Notes: generated from the letters alone by a model not told the origin. DNA of 26,987 nucleotides from Thermodesulfovibrionales bacterium (GCA_044450345.1 JBIOIY010000043.1:1-26987), one strand, 5' to 3'; shown: positions 1 to 7,236, numbered from the stretch's first letter. Made by a program: numbers and translations.

Positions 1-1
1 A

Positions 2-151
2 AACAATGACCATGAAATGTACGAATGTCTTGCGAAACTGAAGGTGTGGCGAGTTGAAAACCTCATGTCACCGACTGGAATGGATAGGTTTGCACAGGAT
101 ATCAAAAAGACAAAATCTAAAAAGGACGGGACGGAAAGCGGAGGGTCTTAG
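2..151 (+). CDS. 3' end of an unknown CDS entering from the left edge (partial)
   Basis: Frame starting at base 2 is open (NNDHEMYECLAKLKVWRVENLMSPTGMDRFAQDIKKTKSKKDGTESGGS) to TAG at 149-151; no recognisable motif. Confidence 0.4.
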   Translation, partial: NNDHEMYECLAKLKVWRVENLMSPTGMDRFAQDIKKTKSKKDGTESGGS

Positions 152-175
152 CAGTAAGATGGCCGAGCTGCCGAT
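123..175 (+). ncRNA. Truncated (3' half) c-di-GMP-I/GEMM riboswitch aptamer
   Basis: GGACGGGACGGAAAGC-GGAGGGTCTTA-GCAG-TAAGATGGCCGAGCTGCCGA aligns with the copy at 3586-3663; the 5' strand of P2 and its GNRA loop are absent. Confidence 0.7.
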
Positions 176-283
176 GGATGGCCCTTTGTATGTTCGGCCA
201 ATATATTTAGTGAAAGGAGGTTTTGTGAGCGGCGGTAGTTGATCGAATTAACCAGGAATAATCGAAAGAAAGGAGAAAACGTC

Positions 284-607
284 ATGAAATATTTAGCACA
301 GGCATCGTATACAGCCGAGGCTTGCGCGGCTATGATCAAGAACCCGCAGAACCGCGGTGAGATGGTACGGCAGGTTATTGAAAAACTCGGAGGACGCTTC
401 GAAGGCTTTTGGTTCGCATTCGGGGATTATGATCTAGCAACTATTTTTGAGTTGCCTGATAACGTAACTGCAGCAGCCTTTTCTCTGGCCGTCTCCGCGG
501 GCGGTGCTCTTAAAGCCTTGAAGACTACCCAGTTGATGACAGCTGAGGAGGCAGTTGAAGCTATGAAGAAGGCGGCAAAGATAGGATACCGACCACCGAC
601 CAGTTAG
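284..607 (+). CDS. GYD domain-containing protein
   Basis: MKYLAQASYT...EKLGGRFEGFWFAFGDYD pattern; SD AAGGAG upstream of ATG 284. Confidence 0.85.
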   Translation: MKYLAQASYTAEACAAMIKNPQNRGEMVRQVIEKLGGRFEGFWFAFGDYDLATIFELPDNVTAAAFSLAVSAGGALKALKTTQLMTAEEAVEAMKKAAKIGYRPPTS

Positions 608-623
608 AAAAGGAGATTCACGG

Positions 624-701
624 GGAAGGTTCTCATTTCAATTTCTTTTAAAGCAAGGAGGAATTTAAAATGCGTAGTAAAAAACAAAAATGGTTGATGT
701 C
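624..701 (+). repeat. Direct repeat A, copy 1 (leader, SD and first ~10 codons of the IPT/collagen gene)
   Basis: Closely matches 4525-4603 (TTCTCATTT..ATTTCTTTT.AAGCAAGGAGG...AAAATGC.TAGTAAAAAACAAAAATGGTTGATGTC). Confidence 0.9.
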
Positions 702-1654
702 TTTGGTTGTGATCCTCGGGATGTTTTGTACTTTGTCATCCGCATTGGCAGCCAGTATTAATGAGGCGAGTGTTGATCTTTCAAATCAGTTGCTCACCAT
801 CTCGGGGCAGAATTTTGGGACAACTCCATATTCTGTGCTCCTTGGAAACAGCACGCTTACTGTTCAGAGCTGGGCGGATACCCAAATAATCGCAAATCTG
901 CCTGCGGGTGTCACTCCAGCCACTTACCCGCTGACAGTAACCTCTAGTAAAAGTAAAGACGATGCGACTTCGGCGGTAACGATCGGGGCGCAGGGTCTCC
1001 CGGGACCGACGGGGCCACAAGGGCCTGTTGGCGCAATAGGTCCACAGGGTCCTCCAGGTCCTCAGGGACCACAAGGTACAGCAGGGCCTGCAGGTGCAGC
1101 AGGGAGCAACGGGACCACAGGGCCCAGTAGGCCCATCAGGGCCTCAAGGGCCAACAGGAGCAACGGGGCCACAGGGTAGTCCCGCAGATGTCATCGGAAG
1201 CACCATTGCTATGGGCTCCGCGGACCAGAATGGAAAAGTCATTTCTGGCAACAATTGGGCGCTCTCCCAGCAATATGCCAATCCCGCGACGGGCGAAGAG
1301 GATACAGTCATTGCCTTAACTGATATGACACAGAATACGACCCACCCAATCAACTGCCAGGTAGCAACCACCGCAGTTAGCGGATTATTCTGGGCTATTG
1401 TATATGGAGGGTGTTACCAACAGAACTACTCGGGAGGATGCAACTACTACGACTGTTATAGGCAGCTTGGAGGACAGGTGTCATGGCATTATATTACAAG
1501 GTGGAAGCAGGATAATATATATACGCACGCGGGACACTGGGAGCTTGTCGTATCCAGCATGACCAGCACGCCCGCCACCGATCCATGCAACAACCTATCT
1601 TACGAGTACTCTGCGCCCTACCAAATACCGTTTTCATTCATATGCGCCTACTAA
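670..1654 (+). pseudogene. Secreted IPT/TIG-domain, collagen-like repeat protein split by a +1 frameshift (ORFs 670-1179 and 1094-1654)
   Basis: Signal peptide, Ig-like IPT segment (LTISGQNFG...[12 protein letters not shown]), and Gly-X-Y repeats that continue in the next frame; removing one G at 1102-1104 gives a single 327-aa ORF. Confidence 0.8.
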
Positions 1655-1666
1655 CAATGGTAAAAG

Positions 1667-1850
1667 CTATGGGTTGTGCATGGTCGTTTCGCAGGCGATT
1701 CCTCTTACCCAACTTATCCACCGCCGCACATACAATCCAAGCTGGGAGGGGCCGCAAGGCCTCCTCCCACTCTTGCTCATAAAGCCGGACCGCACGTGCA
1801 AGAAACTTCTCTATCGTCTTTACAGCCACAGAAAGCCCGTTAGGGAAGAA
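1667..1850 (-). pseudogene. C-terminal remnant of a group II-like reverse transcriptase
   Basis: Minus strand reads FFPNGLSVAVKTIEKFLARAVRLYEQEWEE, then after a 1-nt shift near 1760 PCGPSQLGLYVRRWISWVRG..., stop at 1669-1667. Matches my recollection of the RLYEQ...LGxYVRRW tail of a bacterial RT family. Confidence 0.65.
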
Positions 1851-2009
1851 CGTCCTGAAAAGTGACCTTTCTGCCTTTTCTTTTCCGCAGATTCATCTTT
1901 GCGAATCCGTATCCAATCTGTAACCTCCCCCGTGGTAAGTTGATTACAGATACAAAATAAGAAAGAGCCGTCAATATAGTCTCTCTCTCAATAAAAGGAG
2001 GATAAGACA

Positions 2010-2423
2010 ATGGATAAGAAAGGCAATGTAAGGTGGGGTTGGCTGAAGTTCATGTATGTATACACTATTATCGGAGCGGGAGGGTTCGGGCTGGGAATAA
2101 TTCTCATTCCTCAGGTGATACGCTCAGTATTCAGGTTCCCCGGTCAGGACCCTGTCGTATTTGGTATTTTAGGAAGCTCATACATCGCCTTTGGGCTAGT
2201 GTCGATATTAGGTCTGCGGTCTCCCCTGAATTTTGTTCCCGTTCTATTACTGCAGCTATGCTACAAGGTGATATGGTTTATAGCTGTCGCGGCGCCTCTA
2301 CTTGTTTCGGGCGGCCTTCCTATTCATGCGGCATTGCTTCTTGGAATATTTGTGACGTACATCATCGGCGATCTCATTGCTATCCCGTTTTCGTATGTCT
2401 TCTCAAAACAGTCCGGATCGTGA
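2010..2423 (+). CDS. Hypothetical integral membrane protein (about 4 TM helices)
   Basis: Strong SD AAGGAGG; four hydrophobic segments. Confidence 0.8.
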   Translation: MDKKGNVRWGWLKFMYVYTIIGAGGFGLGIILIPQVIRSVFRFPGQDPVVFGILGSSYIAFGLVSILGLRSPLNFVPVLLLQLCYKVIWFIAVAAPLLVSGGLPIHAALLLGIFVTYIIGDLIAIPFSYVFSKQSGS

Positions 2424-2435
2424 AAGGAGGATGAA

Positions 2436-3296
2436 ATGAAAAAGGCGCTGATTGTTTATTTTTCTCAAGGGAAAACGAACATGCGCGTAGCGGACGCAAT
2501 AAGTGCAGGCCTCCGCGAGGCGGGCCATCAAATTGACCAATGGAACCTTAAGGACGGACAGCCGCCCGATCCCCGCAAGTATGATCTGTTTGGCATCGGG
2601 TCGCCAACATATTACTTTCGTCCGCCCTTTAACGTGACGGACTATGTCAACAGTCTGCCCGAACTGGCAGGCCTCCCGGCCTTTGTCTTTGTGCTGGGAG
2701 GTACCCATTGGGGCAACACCGGCAACAAAATACGACGCGCTCTGACCCTAAAGGGAGCGCGAGAAGTTGGTTATTTCCATTGTCTCTCAGCATCGTACTT
2801 CCTGGGTTATATGAAAGTAGGATACCTCTTTTCGGCGGATCACCCTACGGCGGACGATTTGGCCCGGGCTGAAGCTTTCGGGCGCGAGATCGCGGGCAGG
2901 CTTGCCGGCAAGCAATATGTCAGACCAGAAAAAGACCCGGCGGCGGCAATGCTCTATCGCATAGAACGGTTTGTGTTAAATCGCTTTTTGGTAAAACAGA
3001 TTTACAGCAGGTCCTTCAGGGTGAACGCAAGATGCAGCAATGACTGCGACCTCTGCGAGAAGCAATGTCCTGTCAAGAACATTTCCAGGGATAAGCATGG
3101 ACGTCTGGTGTGGGGCAGGGACTGCCTGCTATGCCTGAGTTGTGAGAAGAATTGTCCCGAAGATGCCATCACCTCTTTATTGACTGGCCCCCTTTTTCGG
3201 CCGGTCATGCTTTTAAATACGTACCTTGGATCCCGAGACCCGTCGTTTGATTACGCCAGGGTGGTCCACAGGAAAGGTCAAACGCATCGCCTGTGA
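2436..3296 (+). CDS. EFR1-family flavodoxin/ferredoxin fusion protein
   Basis: N-terminal flavodoxin-like (IVYFSQGKTN, GIGSPTY) plus C-terminal CxxxCxxCxxxCP and CxxCxxCxxxCP 4Fe-4S motifs. Confidence 0.85.
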   Translation: MKKALIVYFSQGKTNMRVADAISAGLREAGHQIDQWNLKDGQPPDPRKYDLFGIGSPTYYFRPPFNVTDYVNSLPELAGLPAFVFVLGGTHWGNTGNKIRRALTLKGAREVGYFHCLSASYFLGYMKVGYLFSADHPTADDLARAEAFGREIAGRLAGKQYVRPEKDPAAAMLYRIERFVLNRFLVKQIYSRSFRVNARCSNDCDLCEKQCPVKNISRDKHGRLVWGRDCLLCLSCEKNCPEDAITSLLTGPLFRPVMLLNTYLGSRDPSFDYARVVHRKGQTHRL

Positions 3297-3389
3297 TAAG
3301 TTGCCTGTAACAAGGGCCACACCACATTGCCAAAATGAGAACATTGGTAAAGTGTGGGCATGATATACATCTACGAATAGAGGCTGGAT

Positions 3390-3611
3390 TTGAAAAACTA
3401 CATCATTCGCATTTATCGCCAGGAAAACGACAACCCGAAAAAGATTGTCGGGGTAGTGGAGGAGCCGGAGATCGAAGGGAGGAAGGCATTCACCAATCTC
3501 GACGAACTGTGGGGGATACTGAACCCTGTGAAAGCGGCAAGAGTAGTGCGGGAAACAAAGAGAAGCAGGAAGCAGGGTCTTTTGACTTTGATAAAGCCAA
3601 ACCCTCCGTGA
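3390..3611 (+). CDS. Small hypothetical protein (MKNYIIRIYR...GVVEE...AFTNLDELWGIL type)
   Basis: TTG start after GAGG; protein-like pattern; its middle is duplicated at 4333-4417. Confidence 0.65.
   Translation: MKNYIIRIYRQENDNPKKIVGVVEEPEIEGRKAFTNLDELWGILNPVKAARVVRETKRSRKQGLLTLIKPNPP
3468..3552 (+). repeat. Direct repeat B, copy 1
   Basis: 85 bp matching 4333-4417 with 5 transition mismatches; first 54 bp identical. Confidence 0.95.
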
Positions 3612-3663
3612 GAAGGGGGCGGAAAGCGGCGGGTCTTCAGTAGAGATGGGCGAGCTGCCGAAG
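3586..3663 (+). ncRNA. c-di-GMP-I (GEMM) riboswitch
   Basis: P1 CTTTG/CGAAG; GCCAAACC-CTCC-GTGA-GAAG-GG P2 with GNRA loop; CGGAAAGC junction; P3 GTCTT/GAGAT; 3' TGCCGA. Confidence 0.85.
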
Positions 3664-3699
3664 GATGCTATTCTTGTGGTGTTGCTCGGTCTTTTTATT
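3648..3699 (+). terminator. Putative riboswitch expression-platform terminator overlapping the aptamer 3' side
   Basis: GGGCGAGC (3648-3655) can pair with GCTCGGTC (3684-3691), followed by TTTTTATT. Confidence 0.5.
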
Positions 3700-3765
3700 C
3701 TGGTGTGCTTGTCGGTTTTTTTGACGGCGAGATTTTTGTGAACGGGTACGAAAGGGGGGAACATC

Positions 3766-4326
3766 ATGAATGCCCTTTTAAAGTTCTTTTTCGTCATCAT
3801 TGTCGTCAGCCTTCCGATTCCGTGTGATGCCGGACCTGTCCTCTCAGATGAAGAAGCGCCCGGGATTATCGGAGCGCATTTTGGATATCCGATCGTTGTC
3901 TCCACACAGATCACTTTCAAGGGGAAGAGCCGGGAAATGTTGGATTATCTGAAAAGGACAGGGTATATTGTCGACTCGCCTGCTCAAAGCTGCTGCGGCG
4001 ACTTTTACGCAACTGCCGAAAAAGGAAAGCCGCACTTTGGAGATTTCGTAAAATACTTTTCGCATGGTGATCTGTACGTTGACTGCGTCTATGCGAAGAA
4101 AACAATTAAATCCATTGAGACGATTCTTCTCGATACGAAGAAGAGAGGTGCGACGGTTGTATATATCGAGAGCCTTGAGCCGGATGAACCGGTATACTCG
4201 GAAGTATTTAGGAAGAGTCGGGAGGGCGCACAGGAAATAGACTTTAATAAAACACAGAGGATAAAAGTGAAAATGAGATATGACGGCAAGGGGTGGCGGG
4301 TTGAAGGGAAGCGGGATGGCAAATAA
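3766..4326 (+). CDS. Hypothetical exported protein
   Basis: Signal-peptide-like N-terminus, purine-rich SD, 186 aa, no recognised domain. Confidence 0.7.
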   Translation: MNALLKFFFVIIVVSLPIPCDAGPVLSDEEAPGIIGAHFGYPIVVSTQITFKGKSREMLDYLKRTGYIVDSPAQSCCGDFYATAEKGKPHFGDFVKYFSHGDLYVDCVYAKKTIKSIETILLDTKKRGATVVYIESLEPDEPVYSEVFRKSREGAQEIDFNKTQRIKVKMRYDGKGWRVEGKRDGK

Positions 4327-4332
4327 TAACCT

Positions 4333-4417
4333 GAGATCGAAGGGAGGAAGGCATTCACCAATCTCGACGAACTGTGGGGGATACTGGACCCTGTGAAAGC
4401 AACAGGAGTAGCGCGGG
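4333..4417 (+). repeat. Direct repeat B, copy 2 (5'-truncated copy of the 3390-3611 ORF)
   Basis: Begins 6 nt after the stop of 3766-4326; encodes EIEGRKAFTNLDELWGILDPVKA. Confidence 0.95.
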
Positions 4418-4524
4418 GTTTCACCAGCCATGCCGGTTCGGGAAGTCATGCCGAAAGAAGGAGAGTTGCTGAAAAAACTTGCATCTGCATAAAGGGGATG
4501 GAAGTAGTCGGGGGTATATATGCA

Positions 4525-4628
4525 GGAAAGATTCTCATTTAAATTTCTTTTGAAGCAAGGAGGGAATTAAAATGCTTAGTAAAAAACAAAAATGGTTGAT
4601 GTCGTTATTTCTCTCCACGCTTGCGTAA
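4525..4628 (+). pseudogene. Direct repeat A, copy 2: truncated start of an IPT/collagen paralogue ([18 protein letters not shown], 4572-4628)
   Basis: Matches 624-701, then diverges and stops after 18 codons. Confidence 0.8.
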
Positions 4629-4757
4629 AAACCACCGAAAGCTACGCTGTTATCTTGACCTAAACCCGCCCTATTCATTACTCTAAACAGTCATTTCGAT
4701 TTTTTTTAAACTTAAACCGGGCCGCAGGCAAATGGTCCATTATTCCGGAGGAAAGAT

Positions 4758-6443
4758 ATGCGGTTATCAAATATGTTCATCCCTACACTAAGAGACGTGC
4801 CGGCAGACGCCGAGGCGATAAGCCATATCCTGATGTTGCGTGCCGGGTACGTGCGGCAGCTGGCATCGGGCCTATATATTTACCTGCCTCTTGGCTGGAG
4901 GGTCATGAACAGGATCAATAAAATCATCAGGGAGGAGATGGACGCGATAGGAGCCCAGGAAGTGTCGATGCCGGTACTCCATCCCGCCGAGATCTGGCAG
5001 CAGACGGGCAGATGGGACACGATCGGGGACGAGATGTTCCGTCTAAAAGACAGGACCGGTCGTGACATGTGCCTCGGCATGACACACGAAGAGATCATGA
5101 CCTGGCTTGCGTCGAGGGAGATACGCTCCTATCGGGACCTTCCCCAGGTCTGGTATCAGATACAGACGAAGCTGAGGGACGAGGCAAGACCGAAGAGCGG
5201 GATACTCAGGACGAGGGAGTTCATCATGAAAGACAGCTACAGCTTCGATGTCTCAGAGGAGGCCCTCGAAAGAAATTATACGCTCCATGCCGACGCCTAC
5301 CACAGGATATACGAGAGGTGCGGACTGAGCTTCTTCATGGTCGAGTCCGACCCGGGCATGATGGGAGGCGCGGTGTCCCATGAATTCATGGCCCCGAGCC
5401 CTGCGGGCGAAGACCAGGTGGCCCTGTGCAAGGGCTGCGGATATTCCGCCAACGTAGAACTCGCACTTTCGGTGCCCCTTAAAAATAATCCTGCCGACTG
5501 GCAGACCGAAGAGGTGCATACTCCTGAAAAAAGGACGGTGAAGGAGGTCTCGAATTTCCTGAAACTTTCCCCGTCTTATTTCCTGAAGAGCATCCTCGTT
5601 ATCTCAGACAAAGGGCCTGTGCTCGCACTGGTGCGCGGCGACCAGGAACTCCATGAAAAGAAACTCGCAAAGGTGATCGGCGACCACAGGCCGGCACAGA
5701 AGGCCGAGGTGAAGGAAATTCTCGGCGTGGAGGCCGGGTTCATCGGCCCGATGGGGCATACGATCAGGATAGTCTCCGACGAATCGCTGAAAGACGGCCT
5801 GTTCGTGTCCGGCGCGAACAAGCCACACTATCATATCAAGGGGATAATGGCCGGGCGCGATTTTCAGGCAGAATGGCACGATATCCATATCGCAAAAGAA
5901 GGTGATCATTGCGTCAAGTGCGGGGGCCCGCTTCAGATCGAGCGTGTCATAGAGATAGGCAATATCTTCAAGCTCGGCACAAAATATTCGATTCCTCTGA
6001 AGGCGGTCTTCCTGGATGAGAACGGGCAGGAAAAGCCGGTCATTATGGGGAGCTACGGCATCGGTCCTGCCAGGATCGCAGCAGCTGCCATCGAACAAAA
6101 CAACGACAAGGACGGCATGATATGGCCGGAAAGCATATCTCCGTTCGATGTAGAAATACTGCTGCTGAACATCAAGGACGCAAAGACGATGGAGACGGCC
6201 GAGGCGCTTTACAAAGATCTTACGGGGAAAGGCTTTGAAGTGCTCATGGACGACCGCGACGAACGGGCCGGAGTAAAGTTCAAGGACGCGGACCTTATCG
6301 GGATACCCGCTCAGATCGTCATCGGCGAGAAGAACCTGAAGGAAGGGTTTCTGGAACTCAAGAAAAGAAGGACTAAAGAGGTGTCGAGGGTGAAAGTTGA
6401 AGAAGTCGTGGAAACATATACCTCATCAGTCGTGAGTTCCTGA
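4758..6443 (+). CDS. proS: Proline--tRNA ligase (bacterial type with INS editing domain)
   Basis: MRLSNMFIPTLRDVPADAE, RDEARPKSGILRTREFIMKDSYSF, IEIGNIFKLGTKYS, MGSYGIG, DDRDERAGVKFKDADLIG. Confidence 0.98.
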   Translation: MRLSNMFIPTLRDVPADAEAISHILMLRAGYVRQLASGLYIYLPLGWRVMNRINKIIREEMDAIGAQEVSMPVLHPAEIWQQTGRWDTIGDEMFRLKDRTGRDMCLGMTHEEIMTWLASREIRSYRDLPQVWYQIQTKLRDEARPKSGILRTREFIMKDSYSFDVSEEALERNYTLHADAYHRIYERCGLSFFMVESDPGMMGGAVSHEFMAPSPAGEDQVALCKGCGYSANVELALSVPLKNNPADWQTEEVHTPEKRTVKEVSNFLKLSPSYFLKSILVISDKGPVLALVRGDQELHEKKLAKVIGDHRPAQKAEVKEILGVEAGFIGPMGHTIRIVSDESLKDGLFVSGANKPHYHIKGIMAGRDFQAEWHDIHIAKEGDHCVKCGGPLQIERVIEIGNIFKLGTKYSIPLKAVFLDENGQEKPVIMGSYGIGPARIAAAAIEQNNDKDGMIWPESISPFDVEILLLNIKDAKTMETAEALYKDLTGKGFEVLMDDRDERAGVKFKDADLIGIPAQIVIGEKNLKEGFLELKKRRTKEVSRVKVEEVVETYTSSVVSS

Positions 6444-6610
6444 CTACCGGATTCATGCCTCGCACAATAAAGGCAGTCGAGGTTGCAACGCCCGGTTATA
6501 TATTGCGTGGCACGGAGTGGAATCCTTGCCCCGAGAATGACTTTCAGTGTCCGTGGATTGCTTTCCGTTTGAAGTCTTCGAGAAATATATTTACCTAGTT
6601 GGCATAATGG
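6419..6610 (-). pseudogene. N-terminal remnant of a radical SAM protein
   Basis: Minus frame reads ...LGARIPLRATQYITGRCNLDCLYCARHESGSQELTTDEV (CX3CX2C at 6487-6464); no in-frame start codon; the frame then runs antisense into proS. Confidence 0.75.
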
Positions 6611-6611
6611 G

Positions 6612-6643
6612 GCGAGAAGGCAGGCACTTGCCTGCCTTCTCGC
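6612..6643. terminator. Perfect 15-bp inverted repeat (terminator or stabilising hairpin)
   Basis: GCGAGAAGGCAGGCA-CT-TGCCTGCCTTCTCGC followed by TTT on +. Confidence 0.7.
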
Positions 6644-6652
6644 TTTGGAATA

Positions 6653-6940
6653 TCAATACCCGCCTGCAGCCTTCTTTTTCTTTTGGGTGACTTTTGTCGC
6701 TTTCTTCTTGCCACTAACTTCCTTGTATTCTACAGTCACGTGATCTCCCACCTTCACATCTTTAACCAGGGAACCCGTTTCACAATCGAAGCCCACATCG
6801 ACTGTTCCACTCTTTAGTGTGAGCGTACCTTTTATAGCATCTACCGCGATAACTTCTCCAGACATGTCTTTCGCGACCGCCACCCCAAAAAAGGTTGCCA
6901 GCACAAAAGCAATAATAAGAAATGACATTGCAGCTTTCAT
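6653..6940 (-). CDS. Small secreted beta-rich (OB-fold-like) protein with a Lys-rich tail
   Basis: SD AAGGAGGTG before ATG 6940; signal peptide; GEVIAVD...LTL...DVKVGDHVTVEY pattern. Confidence 0.85.
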   Translation of the reverse strand: MKAAMSFLIIAFVLATFFGVAVAKDMSGEVIAVDAIKGTLTLKSGTVDVGFDCETGSLVKDVKVGDHVTVEYKEVSGKKKATKVTQKKKKAAGGY

Positions 6941-6995
6941 ATGTCCACCTCCTTTCATTATGGTCTATGATGCCCAACTCTTTAAACGTATAATA

Positions 6996-7023
6996 AGTCT
7001 ACCACAGTAATAACATTTGTCAA
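6996..7023 (-). promoter_or_regulatory. Sigma-70-type promoter for the 6653-6940 gene
   Basis: TTGACA-N16-TAGACT with an extended TG on the minus strand. Confidence 0.65.
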
Positions 7024-7061
7024 TCGGCTTACTCTCGGCTTACTCTCGACTTACTCTCGAC
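7024..7061. repeat. 11-bp tandem repeat (TCGRCTTACTC, about 3.5 copies), likely regulator binding array
   Basis: TCGGCTTACTC TCGGCTTACTC TCGACTTACTC TCGAC, abutting the -35 box. Confidence 0.85.
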
Positions 7062-7203
7062 CCTTCTTTTTTTAATGAGACAAGTTCAGTCATATATAAA
7101 TTCCAGATAGCGGATATCATATTTCTATATATTTTTTGTCGGCGTCATTCCTGATCGCTATAAAAAAATGCTATTAATCAGAGAGTTTTATTTTCGTTCG
7201 TTG

Positions 7204-7219
7204 TGGTACGTTTATTGCT
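7204..7219 (+). promoter_or_regulatory. Sigma-54 (-24/-12) promoter
   Basis: TGGTACGTTTATTGCT fits TGGCAC-N5-TTGC (GG-N10-GC); AT-rich upstream. Confidence 0.6.
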
Positions 7220-7236
7220 GTCCTAATTCAGCTAGC

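Noticed and set aside
3468..4417. Repeat pair as a DGR template/variable region
   Set aside because: Mismatches go both ways (A/G, G/A, T/C) rather than being adenine-specific; no intact RT or avd
3213..4449. Minus-strand ORFs 3213-3920 and 3844-4449 sharing a peptide
   Set aside because: The shared peptide is only the antisense reading of direct repeat B
1..4628. Integron cassette array
   Set aside because: No convincing RYYYAAC...GTTRRRY attC palindromes and no integrase in the window
4630..4757. T-box leader for proS
   Set aside because: Too short and no GGTGGNACC T-box motif
6612..6655. Selenocysteine read-through of the TGA at 6655-6653 into the in-frame radical-SAM fragment
   Set aside because: The hairpin is a perfect terminator-like repeat, the linker looks non-coding, a signal peptide on a radical-SAM enzyme is implausible, and frame coincidence is 1 in 3
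7024..7061. CRISPR array
   Set aside because: Contiguous 11-bp units without spacers; no cas genes
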